DNA of 64,000 bases from an uncultured Candidatus Cloacimonadota bacterium. Lineage in GTDB: Bacteria > Cloacimonadota > Cloacimonadia > Cloacimonadales > JAJBBL01. Positions 33,586-43,980 of the stretch are shown one piece after another; within the stretch, counting starts at the first letter, position 1, and every line of letters starts with the position of its first letter. The translations under genes and the position numbers were made by a program. The notes under the pieces were generated by a model. It had not been told where the DNA came from, ran no database searches, and saw only the letters and a program-made list of their open reading frames with translations. Location: assembly GCA_964464175.1 (NCBI GenBank), contig CAYXFD010000014.1, positions 5,035-69,034 on the forward strand. The letters are read 5' to 3'.

Positions 33586-34971
33586 TTATAAAATGAGGGT
33601 TAGGTTGTGTTTTTTTAATCTCCTTTCAAGGGTCTGCCAGGTAATATTGAGGAGTTTAGCCGCCTGAAGTTTGTTATTATCTGTATGCTTAAGGGCTCGT
33701 TGAATTGTTTCTCTTTCAATATCTTCCAAATCAAACCGCGAATTCTGATCATAGATATTATCTCCCTTATCATCGGGAAACAGAGATTCAAAAACGAAAT
33801 GTTTTTTCTGCAGTTTGGAGCCTTTACACAGGATAACAGCCCGTTCAACCATATTTTTAAGTTCCCGGACATTTCCGGGAAAATGGTATCTGTTCAGTTT
33901 ATCCATCAGAGATGTTTCTATACCGGTAATCGGTTTATTTGTTTTAATGGCAAAGGCCTTAACAAACTGTTCTATCAAAAGAGGTATATCTTCCTTTCTT
34001 TCTCTCAGAGGGGGGATGAATATCTTATAGGTGTTTATCCTATGATAAAGATCCTGTCTGAATTTCCCTTCCTTGAGCAATTGAACGATATCTTGGTTCG
34101 TGGCGGTCATTATTCTGGTGTTGAATCTGATATCCGAATTTGAGCCGAGTCTTCTTACTTTTCCATCTTCGGAGATCCGGAGAAGCTTAGCCTGCATCAT
34201 TGGCTGCATATCACCGATCTCATCGAGGAAGAGGGTTCCTTTATCGGCTATCTCAAACCATCCCGGTTTATTGGTCAGAGCATTAGTAAAAGCTCCTTTT
34301 ACATAACCGAAAAACTCGCTTTCAAAGAGGTTTTCAGGGATAGCAGCACAATTGACAGCATGGAAAAAACCGTTCTTTCTGGGACTGAGATGGTGAATAG
34401 TACGGGCTATGAGCTCTTTTCCGGTTCCACTCTCACCTGTGATCATAACAGGCAGATCAGGATTCTCTGCTGCCAGTTTGATCATTTCTACTACTTTCAG
34501 GATAGCCTGGCTTTTTCCGATAATGCGAAGACCTACATTGTCGAAGAGTTCTTCCAGAAGAGAGTCGTAATTCTTTCTGATCTGAGAGTAATTACGGGAA
34601 AGATATATGTATCTTTTGGTTCGTTCAATGGCATTCATTACTTCCGAGAGTCTGACCGGTTTGTTAAAAAAATCGGCTGCCCCATATCTCATCGCTTCGA
34701 TGGCGACTTCCATACTACCCTGACCGGTTATGATCAGTACCTCGATATCAGGATCAAATTCTTTGATCTCCTGAAGTACCGTCAGTCCGTCCTTTTCCGG
34801 GAGGTTAATGTCAACTATTGCAATATCGATCTGGTGTTTTCGGTAGATTTTTTCGGCTTCATAAGGTGTACCGGCATTATAAGTAAGATAACCGTTATCA
34901 TTAAAAAAATCGACGAGTTCTTCCCGAATTCGTTTTTCGTCATCAAGAACAAGAATGCTCAGCTTTTCCAT
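33586..34971 (-). CDS. Sigma-54-dependent NtrC/AtoC-family response regulator (REC-AAA+-Fis HTH)
   Basis: LDDE...IVDINLP receiver; GESGTGKE Walker A; ESEFFG..KGAFTNA loop; LFLDEIG; FRQDLYHR; FPGNVREL; AAKLLNI HTH. Confidence 0.96.
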   Translation of the reverse strand: MEKLSILVLDDEKRIREELVDFFNDNGYLTYNAGTPYEAEKIYRKHQIDIAIVDINLPEKDGLTVLQEIKEFDPDIEVLIITGQGSMEVAIEAMRYGAADFFNKPVRLSEVMNAIERTKRYIYLSRNYSQIRKNYDSLLEELFDNVGLRIIGKSQAILKVVEMIKLAAENPDLPVMITGESGTGKELIARTIHHLSPRKNGFFHAVNCAAIPENLFESEFFGYVKGAFTNALTNKPGWFEIADKGTLFLDEIGDMQPMMQAKLLRISEDGKVRRLGSNSDIRFNTRIMTATNQDIVQLLKEGKFRQDLYHRINTYKIFIPPLRERKEDIPLLIEQFVKAFAIKTNKPITGIETSLMDKLNRYHFPGNVRELKNMVERAVILCKGSKLQKKHFVFESLFPDDKGDNIYDQNSRFDLEDIERETIQRALKHTDNNKLQAAKLLNITWQTLERRLKKHNLTLIL

Positions 34972-34973
34972 GG

Positions 34974-37310
34974 TTAAAACTCCTTAAGTAATGCGAAACA
35001 GATAGTGATTTCTGTAAAAAGGTTAACTTCACTCCGGACAGAAATCTCACCATCCATTTCCCGGATAATACCGTAACTGATCGATAAACCTAAACCTGTT
35101 CCCTTATCAGGTGTTTTGGTAGTAAAGAAAGGATCATAGATCTTATCGATAATCTCTTTCGGTATCCCTGTACCGTTGTCAGTTATCTCTATTACTGCCT
35201 GCTTCTCCTTGATCTTTGTGCTTATCCTGATACTCTTTTTATGATTGGATTCACTCCCGGCAGCGGCTTTTTCTTCTATTGCATCTTTGGCATTACTTAC
35301 CAGGTTCAATAAAACTTGTTCCAGTTTGTATCTATCACCGGAGATCGGAAGTTCGCTCTTGATTAATCTTAGTTCTAAATCAATTCCACTTTTTGAGATT
35401 GTATGATGGATCAGGCTAACAGCACTTTTCACAACTTCATTTAATTCAATCTGTTCAACCAGACTGTCATTCTGATTTCTGGAGAAAAGTCTCACATGTT
35501 CGATGATCTTTCTTATCCGCAGAATGTCTTCTTGAGTATTGCTGCATTTATTTGTTAAATAGTCATTACTAAGGAGTCCCAACTTTACTTTGTTCTGAAT
35601 GTTATCAATGCTCATGGAGATTGCTGATAGTGGTTGATTGATCTCGTGGGCTATTCCGGCAGCAAAATTTCCCAGAGATTCCAATTTCGATTTCTGGGCA
35701 ATAATTTGCTGATGTTTCTGATAATCAGCTACTGCTTTATTGATCTTGGTTTCGAGTTCCTGATTCAGCGTTTCGAGCTCTTTCTGGACTTGCCTTCTCT
35801 TTTTTACCTCTTTCTGCTTTGCTCTATAAAGCAGAGCCAGACTCAATGCAACAGCTCCGATAGCCAGGGTGAGATAAAGAATTCTTAACTTGGCTCTGAT
35901 CTGTTGCGCTATTTTTTCTTCCTGAATCTGCTGTTGAGTTTTTAGCACAAAGATCTCTTCAGTCTTTTTTTCGGTTTCGAAACGAACCATCATCTCAGCT
36001 ATTACATCCTTCTTTTCGATAGCATAAACATCCAGGTCTAACTCTATATAGTCTTTGTAAGCCTCGACAGCCCGCCTATAATCACCCTGCTCTTCATAGA
36101 TTATAGCAAATTGTCTTAGATTATTCAGCTGCATTTTCTGATCGTTAATCAAAAGGGAATATTCATAAGATTTTTCTGCATTCAGCAATGCTTCAGTTAA
36201 ATCTCCGCTTAAGATCAGCAATTCACTGATATTGTTGTGAGTAGTAGCAATACCTTCATAGTCATTCAAGCGTTCCTTAATACTAATAGCTTCGTAATAA
36301 TAACTTAGAGCTTCAGAGAATTCTCTTCTTCTCAGGTAGGTGTTTCCAAGATTATTTAATACTCTGCTCTGCTCTCTGAGCATATTATAAGTAACAAAGA
36401 TATCAAGAGCTTCTTGATTATATGTTAAAGCTGTTTCAGTTCGATTAAGATCATTGTAGGTAGAGCCAAGATTTGCTTTGACTTGTGCAGCATTGATCGT
36501 ATCTCCAATTGTGCTATACAATTCCAGAGCTTTTTCGTAGTATGCTATGGCTTTAACATAATCTGTGGCTGTGTAATAAAGGTTACCAAGATTAGTATTC
36601 GCTGCCGCTAATTCGTTGTCATCTCCATAAGTCTCTTTGATTCTCAGGGATATGATATATGCTTCACCCGCTGCTGCTGTATCTCCGGATTTCAAAAGGG
36701 CATTACCGAGATTATTGAAAATTGCTGCTGAGAGTTTCGGATGCTGAGTTTGATCAGTCATTTCAGCAGCAGCCTGAAAGAAGTGAATAGCCTGTTGATA
36801 CTCCTGCTGTTCCCAGTAAATGAGTCCGATACTATTCAGGGAGGAACTTTCATCCTCTCTGGTGGGAAGGTCTTGCCGATAGGAGAGAGATTTGTGCAGG
36901 TTTTCCAGAGCAGATGAATAACTACCGGTATTAGTATAAGACCTGCCCAAATTATAATAAAGATCTCCCAGTAGTTTGTTATCTGAAGACTCGTGAGCCG
37001 GAGCTAAAGCAGAGGAATAATAGTTGAGTGCTGGCTCCATTTCTCCCCTGATAAAATGAATGTTTCCTTTAATCTTGAGGGCTAATCCTATCTCATAATC
37101 GAGTTTCAAGGCGGCTGCCAGTTTTTCAGCCCGTTCAGCGTACTCAGCAGCACGGTCAAGATCGCTTTGTAATGATTCTTCAGCAATTTGCAGTAAGTAT
37201 CCCGTTTCCAGTTCCTGGTCGGGGTAGTCATCCAAGCGGTCAGATTCAACCGAAGTGAAGAGCATTCCCAGCGATAGGGTAAAGATACAAACAAGCATTA
37301 TGCATTTCAT
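34974..37310 (-). CDS. Membrane sensor histidine kinase with extracytoplasmic TPR array (probable start ATG 37310; ORF track uses TTG 37346)
   Basis: N-terminal hydrophobic segment; about 8 TPRs (NNLGN motifs); TM helix; AGIAHEINQPL H-box; NLVSNAKDA, DNGTG, DPFFTTK, GTGLGL; ends 2 bp before the NtrC gene. Confidence 0.93.
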   Translation of the reverse strand: MKCIMLVCIFTLSLGMLFTSVESDRLDDYPDQELETGYLLQIAEESLQSDLDRAAEYAERAEKLAAALKLDYEIGLALKIKGNIHFIRGEMEPALNYYSSALAPAHESSDNKLLGDLYYNLGRSYTNTGSYSSALENLHKSLSYRQDLPTREDESSSLNSIGLIYWEQQEYQQAIHFFQAAAEMTDQTQHPKLSAAIFNNLGNALLKSGDTAAAGEAYIISLRIKETYGDDNELAAANTNLGNLYYTATDYVKAIAYYEKALELYSTIGDTINAAQVKANLGSTYNDLNRTETALTYNQEALDIFVTYNMLREQSRVLNNLGNTYLRRREFSEALSYYYEAISIKERLNDYEGIATTHNNISELLILSGDLTEALLNAEKSYEYSLLINDQKMQLNNLRQFAIIYEEQGDYRRAVEAYKDYIELDLDVYAIEKKDVIAEMMVRFETEKKTEEIFVLKTQQQIQEEKIAQQIRAKLRILYLTLAIGAVALSLALLYRAKQKEVKKRRQVQKELETLNQELETKINKAVADYQKHQQIIAQKSKLESLGNFAAGIAHEINQPLSAISMSIDNIQNKVKLGLLSNDYLTNKCSNTQEDILRIRKIIEHVRLFSRNQNDSLVEQIELNEVVKSAVSLIHHTISKSGIDLELRLIKSELPISGDRYKLEQVLLNLVSNAKDAIEEKAAAGSESNHKKSIRISTKIKEKQAVIEITDNGTGIPKEIIDKIYDPFFTTKTPDKGTGLGLSISYGIIREMDGEISVRSEVNLFTEITICFALLKEF

Positions 37311-37428
37311 GAGCTCTTTTAATGGTATAGTGATATAATCTGTCAAATTATTTGTTGAACACCTGAGCGGGATATCAGTAAAAGAACAGTACGATGAAAG
37401 CTAACGATTTGCTGCTTTGTTCTATCTA

Positions 37429-39303
37429 TTACTTGATTTCTCCGAGGATATTACCGGCATTTTCATGGCCTAATTCCGCTGCCTTTTTCAAATATTCCAG
37501 GCTCAGCTCATATTCTTCCGTCAAGTAATAGGTGAGAGAAAGATTATTGTAGGGGATTGGGTTATCAGGTTTGAGTTCGATAGCTTTAAGGTATGCCTTT
37601 TTTGCTTCCTCGTAATTACCGAGCATCCTGTAACAATCAGCTTTATTAGAGTAAGTATAGGGATCATCTCGATCAATTGCCAGTGCTAATAGATAGTTTT
37701 CAATTGCTACTTCGAAGTCACCGAGATTTTTGTGATAGTTACCGATATTGAAATAAACTCTGCTATATCCCGGTTCCAATTCTAAGACTTTCTGATAATA
37801 AATCAGGGCTGTTTCCCAGTTCTGCAACTCATGATAAGAGGCAGCCAGATTGAAGAGGGCATTGGGATAGCCGGGTTGTATTTCCAGTGCTAATTGATAA
37901 TAATGAACGGCATCTTCATAGTTTTCTAAGCGGAAGGAAGCATTACCAAGGTTGAAGAATACTTCGGGATAAATAAAGGAGGACTGCAATGCTTTCCGGT
38001 AATAAGCGATTGCTTCTTCATATCGTTCCGACCTAAAAAGAGCATTTCCTATTCTGAAATATGTCAGGTCATTATCGGGATCACTATCAATGACTTTTCT
38101 ATAGATATTGATCGCTTCATCATATTCATTCAGTTGGTAGAAACAATCGGCAAGATTGAGCAATGCTCGCGGATTATCAGGATTAAGGTTTATTGATCCG
38201 CGATAAAAATAGACGGCTTCCCAGTACGAATGCTGTTTAAAACAGACGTCACCCAGCATTTGAAAAAGTTGGTGATCCCGAGGGTAATGAAGCAACAATC
38301 TTTTTAGAACCGGAACTACTTCTGGTAACAGATTCTGATCTATCAGTAAAAGGGCAAGCTCCCGATCGGTTTCAGCGTATTCTTTTTGATTATCGGCAGC
38401 AATTTTCGCATAGCTGCTAACTTTTTTGCTTTGTCCGATTTGCTCATAGTAGCGGGCAAGGAAAAAAGCAGCTTCCGGATATCTTTTATCCAGTTCAAGC
38501 AGTTTTTCGTAAAGAGATACTGCCTTCTCCGTTTCCCCTTTTTCTTCCAGATACTTGCCCTTCAGTAACAGGGCATCTTGATCCCCGGGAATGGTCTCAA
38601 GCCAGGTTTTTAAGGTTAAAACTGCTTTCTCTGTATCATCCAGCAGTTGAAAAGTGTCATAGAGTTTGTGAAAAATCTGTCCCTGAGCAGGATTGATTGC
38701 TAACGCACTGTCGTAATGAGCCACTGCCTGTTCAAAGTCCTTAATAGAATAATCTTTATCACCGAGAAACATATAGTGATTAGCTTTGATTTCCCTTAAG
38801 TAGAATTCAAGATCAGCAAGCAGGTAGTCTTTTGTTTCATCTGCCACGTAAGATATAAGAGAAGTATTAATTAAGATGAGATTGGAGAAGAGAGACTTAT
38901 AGTAATCAAGCAGACCGGAGATTTCCCGGGGAGAAAGTGATAAGAGGTATTTGATGTCGTTACTGTCTCTGAGCGAGATATCTGCTTTGATAATCAAACG
39001 TTCATCTTTGATTGTCTCCGAAAAATCTTCCTGATTAAACAAGAGAGGTATTAGATAAAGGATCTCTTGTTTAGTGACCGGCAGATGTTGGCGGTCACTC
39101 TTTGGCAACTCAGCAATTAAGCCGGCAACGTGTTCGGACAACTGTAAGGAAAGCTGATAAATCGTATATTCATAGGCATAAAAATGGAGCAGTGAATAAT
39201 CAATTCCGGATATTAGCTCAAAGGAGTTGCAGCGGGATATTTCCATTCCTGTTAAGGAACCGAACAGAAGCAAGATAAGAATAAAAAAAAGATATCTTTT
39301 CAT
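37429..39303 (-). CDS. Exported tetratricopeptide-repeat protein
   Basis: Signal-peptide-like N-terminus; more than 10 consecutive TPRs (e.g. YFRIGNALF...YEEAIAYYRKAL). Confidence 0.88.
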   Translation of the reverse strand: MKRYLFFILILLLFGSLTGMEISRCNSFELISGIDYSLLHFYAYEYTIYQLSLQLSEHVAGLIAELPKSDRQHLPVTKQEILYLIPLLFNQEDFSETIKDERLIIKADISLRDSNDIKYLLSLSPREISGLLDYYKSLFSNLILINTSLISYVADETKDYLLADLEFYLREIKANHYMFLGDKDYSIKDFEQAVAHYDSALAINPAQGQIFHKLYDTFQLLDDTEKAVLTLKTWLETIPGDQDALLLKGKYLEEKGETEKAVSLYEKLLELDKRYPEAAFFLARYYEQIGQSKKVSSYAKIAADNQKEYAETDRELALLLIDQNLLPEVVPVLKRLLLHYPRDHQLFQMLGDVCFKQHSYWEAVYFYRGSINLNPDNPRALLNLADCFYQLNEYDEAINIYRKVIDSDPDNDLTYFRIGNALFRSERYEEAIAYYRKALQSSFIYPEVFFNLGNASFRLENYEDAVHYYQLALEIQPGYPNALFNLAASYHELQNWETALIYYQKVLELEPGYSRVYFNIGNYHKNLGDFEVAIENYLLALAIDRDDPYTYSNKADCYRMLGNYEEAKKAYLKAIELKPDNPIPYNNLSLTYYLTEEYELSLEYLKKAAELGHENAGNILGEIK

Positions 39304-39374
39304 GATTTTTGATAAATTAGTTTAGATATAACAATGATACCCTGCTAATGAGCTGCATATTAGTCCCCTGTTAG

Positions 39375-40343
39375 TTAGCCGACTACTCCGGCTCTGATCA
39401 AATCATGCATATGGAGAATACCTATCGGGTTGCGCTTTACATCAGTTACCGGCAGCATAGTTATCTTGTGATCTTCCATCAGAGTCAGAGCAGCAACAGC
39501 TAATGATTCCGGGGAGATTGATTTTGGCTCTTTGGTCATTGCTTCTTGGGCTGAACATTCAAGTATATCTCCCCCTTTAGTCATTAATCTCCGTAAATCT
39601 CCGTCAGTAATTATTCCAATCAAAGTTCCTTCTTCGTTTACCACATTCGTACAACCGAGCCCTTTTTCGGTCATGGTAAGAATAACGTCTTTCATCTTTT
39701 CCCGGGCTTGAACAAGCGGATTTTCTTTTCCCTGATGCATCAGATCTTCAACCTTTAAAAGGAGTTTTTTGCCAATAGTTCCACCCGGATGAAACCTGGC
39801 AAGATCTTGGATCTGGAAATTCCTTTTCTTTAATAAAGCTACGGCTAAAGCATCGCCAATGGCTAAAGCAACCGTAGTACTGGCAGTCGGTACCAGATTA
39901 AAGGGTTCGCTGCCTGAGGGGACAGAAGAATCCAGAACTACGTCAGCACTCTTTGCCAGTTGGGAATCCGGATTCCCTGTTATCGCTATAATAGGGATCT
40001 GCAGGAACTTGATATAGGGAATAATGGCCAGTAGTTCCTGGGTATTACCACTGTAAGATACTGCTAAAACCACGTCATCCCTGTGGAGGATGCCAAGATC
40101 TCCATGAATGCCTTCGGCTGCATGCAGGAAGATAGAGGTTGAACCGGTACTGGCAAGGGTAGCTGAAATCTTTCTTCCGATTAATCCTGTTTTACCCATT
40201 CCGGTAACGACTGTTTTCCCCGGAGAACTATAGATCAACCCGACTGCTTTTTCCATGCGAGCATCAATTTTATCCGCTGCTCTTTCAATGGCATCGGCAG
40301 CCAATTTCATTTCCCGTTTAACTTCACTAATTAAGTCGCTCAT
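39375..40343 (-). CDS. kdsD: Arabinose-5-phosphate isomerase (KpsF/GutQ family, SIS + CBS)
   Basis: TGMGKTG, HAAEGIHGDLG, PTASTT, FHPGG, C-terminal CBS pair ending LHMHDL. Confidence 0.93.
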   Translation of the reverse strand: MSDLISEVKREMKLAADAIERAADKIDARMEKAVGLIYSSPGKTVVTGMGKTGLIGRKISATLASTGSTSIFLHAAEGIHGDLGILHRDDVVLAVSYSGNTQELLAIIPYIKFLQIPIIAITGNPDSQLAKSADVVLDSSVPSGSEPFNLVPTASTTVALAIGDALAVALLKKRNFQIQDLARFHPGGTIGKKLLLKVEDLMHQGKENPLVQAREKMKDVILTMTEKGLGCTNVVNEEGTLIGIITDGDLRRLMTKGGDILECSAQEAMTKEPKSISPESLAVAALTLMEDHKITMLPVTDVKRNPIGILHMHDLIRAGVVG

Positions 40344-40466
40344 TTCCTATAATCCTCAATAACAATTGAATAAGCTCTTTTGTCTCCGGTATAAAAAAAC
40401 TTCTGACTAACTAATAAAAAAAACATCAAAGGGCAGAAAAGGTAAACCCGGTCTTAAGTTCTACAG

Positions 40467-42374
40467 TTACTCCAATTCATTTCTCAATTCAGTTACTGCT
40501 TCATCGAAAGAATAGCTTCCTAAATCACCCATCTTATGTTTCCTCAAAGAGAGAGTGTTATTGTCTTCTTCTCTTTGTCCGAGAATCACCATGTAAGGGA
40601 TTTTTTTCAGCTCGGCATCTCTGATTTTATAACCGACCTTCTCGTTCCGGGGATCAGTTTTGACCCGGAATCCCTGTCTTGCTAACTTTTCACAGATCCT
40701 GACAGCATACCTTTCATAAAGCTCTGAAACAGGGAGTACCATAATTTGAACGGGAGCTAACCAGAAAGGGAAATCACCGGCATGGTATTCGATCAAAGTA
40801 CCGAAAAATCTCTCCATTGAGCCCAACAGCGCCCGGTGAATCATATAAGGTCTGTGAGCTTTATTATCTGCTCCGATATATTCCATAGAGAAACGTTCGG
40901 GCAGATTAAAGTCGAACTGGATGGTTGAACACTGCCAGGAACGGTTAAGGGCATCTTTTATCTTGATATCAATCTTGGGTCCGTAAAATGCTCCGCCCCC
41001 TTCATCCAGCGAATACTCCAGTTTTTGGTTATCCAGTGCTTCTCTTAAAGCCTTAGCAGCATTTTCCCACATTGATTCGTCACCTACGGATTTTTCCGGT
41101 TTGGTGGCTAAGCAAATCTCGAAATCCTGAAATCCGAATTTACGGAGCATGGAGAGAGAGAATGTGATCAATTTATCCACCTCGACCTCAAGTTGCTCCG
41201 GAGTACAGATGACATGGGCATCATCCTGAGTGAAACCCCTGACTCTCATCAATCCATGCAAAACTCCCGATCTTTCATAACGGTAAACAGTACCCATTTC
41301 GGCAAAACGAAGCGGTAATTCTCTGTAACTGTGTTTATCGGATTTATAGATCATTATGTGAAATGGACAGTTCATCGGTTTCAGATAATACATTTGTCCT
41401 TCTACTTCAATAGGGGCAAACATACTATCAGAGTAAAAACCAAGATGTCCGCTCGTCTTCCACAAATCTGCTTTTCCGATGTGCGGAGTATTGACTACCT
41501 GATAACCGGCTTCAAAATGCTGTTTTTTCCAATAGTCTTCGATCAGGGAACGGATCATTGAGCCGTTAGGATGCCAGAGAACGAGTCCGGGACCAATCTC
41601 ATCATTGATTGAGAAGAGATCCAGTTCTTTACCGAGTTTCCGGTGGTCTCTTTTTTTCCGCTCTTCCAGGTCTTCCAGAAACTGATTCAATTCTTTCTTG
41701 GCTGGAAAACTGATGCCGTAAATTCTTGCCAGCATCTTATTCTGTTCATCACCACGCCAGTAAGCTCCGGAAGTTTTCAGCAGCTTCACCGCTTTTATCT
41801 TTCCGGTATGGGGGAGATGAGGACCGCGGCAGAGATCTGTAAAATCTCCCTGTGAATATAGTGACAATTTCTCTCCCGGGGGAAGGTCCTCGATAATCTC
41901 TACCTTATATGTCTCTCCCATTTTCTTGAAGAGAGAGATTGCCTGTTTTTTTGTCATTTCCTTTCTGGTGAAAGGGAGACGTTCTTTGATCAGTTCTTTC
42001 ATTATTTTTTCGATATTGATCAGATCATCGTCAGTGAATGGAGTTTCCTTATCGAAGTCATAATAAAAACCCTCTTCTATGGCCGGACCAATAGTTACCT
42101 TGACTTCCGGGAAGAGCTTTTTGACCGCATGAGCCATCAAATGTGCGGTACTATGCCAATAGATCTCTCTCCCTTTAGAGGTCTCGAATGAATGAAAGAT
42201 CAACTCTCCATCTTCATTCAAAGGAAGATCAAGATCGATCATTGCTCCGTTAAATTCTGCTGCAAGAGCTTTGATCGAAACCTCTTTATCAAACTCCCGG
42301 GCAACTTCTGCCGGGGTTATTCCTTGAGAAAACTCCCTGATATTTCCATCTGGTAAAGTAACTTTAATGTTCAT
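40467..42374 (-). CDS. thrS: Threonyl-tRNA synthetase
   Basis: TGS domain; HSTAHLMA; DLCRGPH; RDHRKLG; KPMNCP; RVRGFTQDDAH; CSTIQFDF. Confidence 0.98.
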   Translation of the reverse strand: MNIKVTLPDGNIREFSQGITPAEVAREFDKEVSIKALAAEFNGAMIDLDLPLNEDGELIFHSFETSKGREIYWHSTAHLMAHAVKKLFPEVKVTIGPAIEEGFYYDFDKETPFTDDDLINIEKIMKELIKERLPFTRKEMTKKQAISLFKKMGETYKVEIIEDLPPGEKLSLYSQGDFTDLCRGPHLPHTGKIKAVKLLKTSGAYWRGDEQNKMLARIYGISFPAKKELNQFLEDLEERKKRDHRKLGKELDLFSINDEIGPGLVLWHPNGSMIRSLIEDYWKKQHFEAGYQVVNTPHIGKADLWKTSGHLGFYSDSMFAPIEVEGQMYYLKPMNCPFHIMIYKSDKHSYRELPLRFAEMGTVYRYERSGVLHGLMRVRGFTQDDAHVICTPEQLEVEVDKLITFSLSMLRKFGFQDFEICLATKPEKSVGDESMWENAAKALREALDNQKLEYSLDEGGGAFYGPKIDIKIKDALNRSWQCSTIQFDFNLPERFSMEYIGADNKAHRPYMIHRALLGSMERFFGTLIEYHAGDFPFWLAPVQIMVLPVSELYERYAVRICEKLARQGFRVKTDPRNEKVGYKIRDAELKKIPYMVILGQREEDNNTLSLRKHKMGDLGSYSFDEAVTELRNELE

Positions 42375-42472
42375 TTATAATTCCTCTTTATGTAATTGCT
42401 ATCCTATAGATCTTACGAGACGTTTTGTTTGGTTATTTTCTCGTAACAATCTTTCTTTAATATAGTCTTATT

Positions 42473-43780
42473 CTATTCATCTTCTTCCAGAGCAAAGGGG
42501 GACTTAACCTCTTTCTTTTCAATCATTTCCGTTAATCTATCGGCTGCTTCCTTCAGAGCTTCCCTGGTACCTATCCTACCCCTGAGAACTCTTTCCAAAA
42601 CTCGTTCTTCCAGATATCTTCTAATCTCGAACCATTCGGGAATCGGTGGTTCGAAAGTGGCATAGTTTAACTGATCATAGACATCTGCCATCTCAGGATT
42701 GAGCTCCAGACGTTTGCTCAGTACAGGTACCTCAAAAGCACTCTTGCGAACCGGCATGTAATATGTTTTGTGAGACCAGCGTGCCGTCTGTTCTGTGTCG
42801 GTAAACCATTTAATAAACTCCCAGGCAGCTCTATGTCTCTCTTCATCTTTCGTGTCAAAAATGCAGATATTTGTTCCGCTGATAACATTTCTGTTAGTCT
42901 CTTTTATAGGCAGGGCAGCAATACCGAGTAAAAAATCAATTCCTGCCCGCTCCATATAAACAGCGGAAACACTTGAGCCTTCGACCATGGCGATCTCACT
43001 TGCCAGTAGATCGTTCTGCCATTCGAATCCTGCCGATAGATATGCAGTTTTATCTACATTTAACAGAGTGTTCAGGTGCTCCATAGCTTCAACTCCCGGT
43101 TCCAGATGGAAAAGTGGTCTTCTGAAATCAGGTGTCATCATATCGCCGCCAGCCTGCAGCAAGAGATTAGCGAACATCCAGACACTTGTAGAGAAAGTAG
43201 TACCATGCTGATCAATCTTTCCATCACCGGTAGTATCACGAGTCATTATCCGGCAAATTTCCCTGAATTCTGCCCAGGTTCGGGGTGGCTGATGGGGATT
43301 CAATCCCTCTCGGAAGAACATATCTTTATTATAGTATAAGACTCGAACGCTTTTGTTAAAAGGGAAAGACCAAATCTTCCCATCAATCATGCTGCTGTCG
43401 AGAAATACCTGATAGATATCGGCAAAATCATCCTCACCGAAATCTTCGTCTTCACTGATCAGATCATCCAAGGGAACTAAGACACCGCCTGTTACCAATC
43501 CGGCAGTCCAGGATTCAAACACCTGGGCCAGATCAGGCTGAGTCCCAGCCTGGATCGAGGCCATGAGTTTTTGGGACAGAGCTGTGTAATTACCCATAGA
43601 AATAGCATGAATATGAATATCAGGATGAGAGGCATTAAATTCATCAATCAGTTCAATCAAGGCATCACCTAAAGGTCCTCCTAAGGCATGCCAGAATTCC
43701 AGTTCGGCCGGACGTTCTTTCTGTCCGCAGCCGGTAAGCAATAACGCCAAAACGATCAATATATATACGAGATATCGCAT
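42473..43780 (-). CDS. ABC transporter substrate-binding lipoprotein (UgpB-like / CUT1 family)
   Basis: Lipobox LTGC; FWHALGG; SFPFNKS..LYYNKD; AAWEFIKWF. Confidence 0.9.
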   Translation of the reverse strand: MRYLVYILIVLALLLTGCGQKERPAELEFWHALGGPLGDALIELIDEFNASHPDIHIHAISMGNYTALSQKLMASIQAGTQPDLAQVFESWTAGLVTGGVLVPLDDLISEDEDFGEDDFADIYQVFLDSSMIDGKIWSFPFNKSVRVLYYNKDMFFREGLNPHQPPRTWAEFREICRIMTRDTTGDGKIDQHGTTFSTSVWMFANLLLQAGGDMMTPDFRRPLFHLEPGVEAMEHLNTLLNVDKTAYLSAGFEWQNDLLASEIAMVEGSSVSAVYMERAGIDFLLGIAALPIKETNRNVISGTNICIFDTKDEERHRAAWEFIKWFTDTEQTARWSHKTYYMPVRKSAFEVPVLSKRLELNPEMADVYDQLNYATFEPPIPEWFEIRRYLEERVLERVLRGRIGTREALKEAADRLTEMIEKKEVKSPFALEEDE

Positions 43781-43980
43781 CTGTTATCCTCCGCTAAATG
43801 ACTATAGGCAAAGTAAAAATTGAATAGTTAACGTCAATGATTTTTTAAAATAATTGTCTAATGATCACCGCTCAATGAGCATAGTGGATTCTCACGGGTG
43901 GAGAAAAAATAGCTCTCATGTTTCCATACAAAGTCGAAAACCGTTCTTTCCTGAATGGTAAGTAAAATTACCGGGAAGAG

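Noticed and set aside
34360-34977. 205-aa plus-strand ORF and similar antisense ORFs inside ntrC, valS, leuS (61733..62299) and the antiporter
   Set aside because: They lie fully antisense to well-supported genes and show no recognisable motifs
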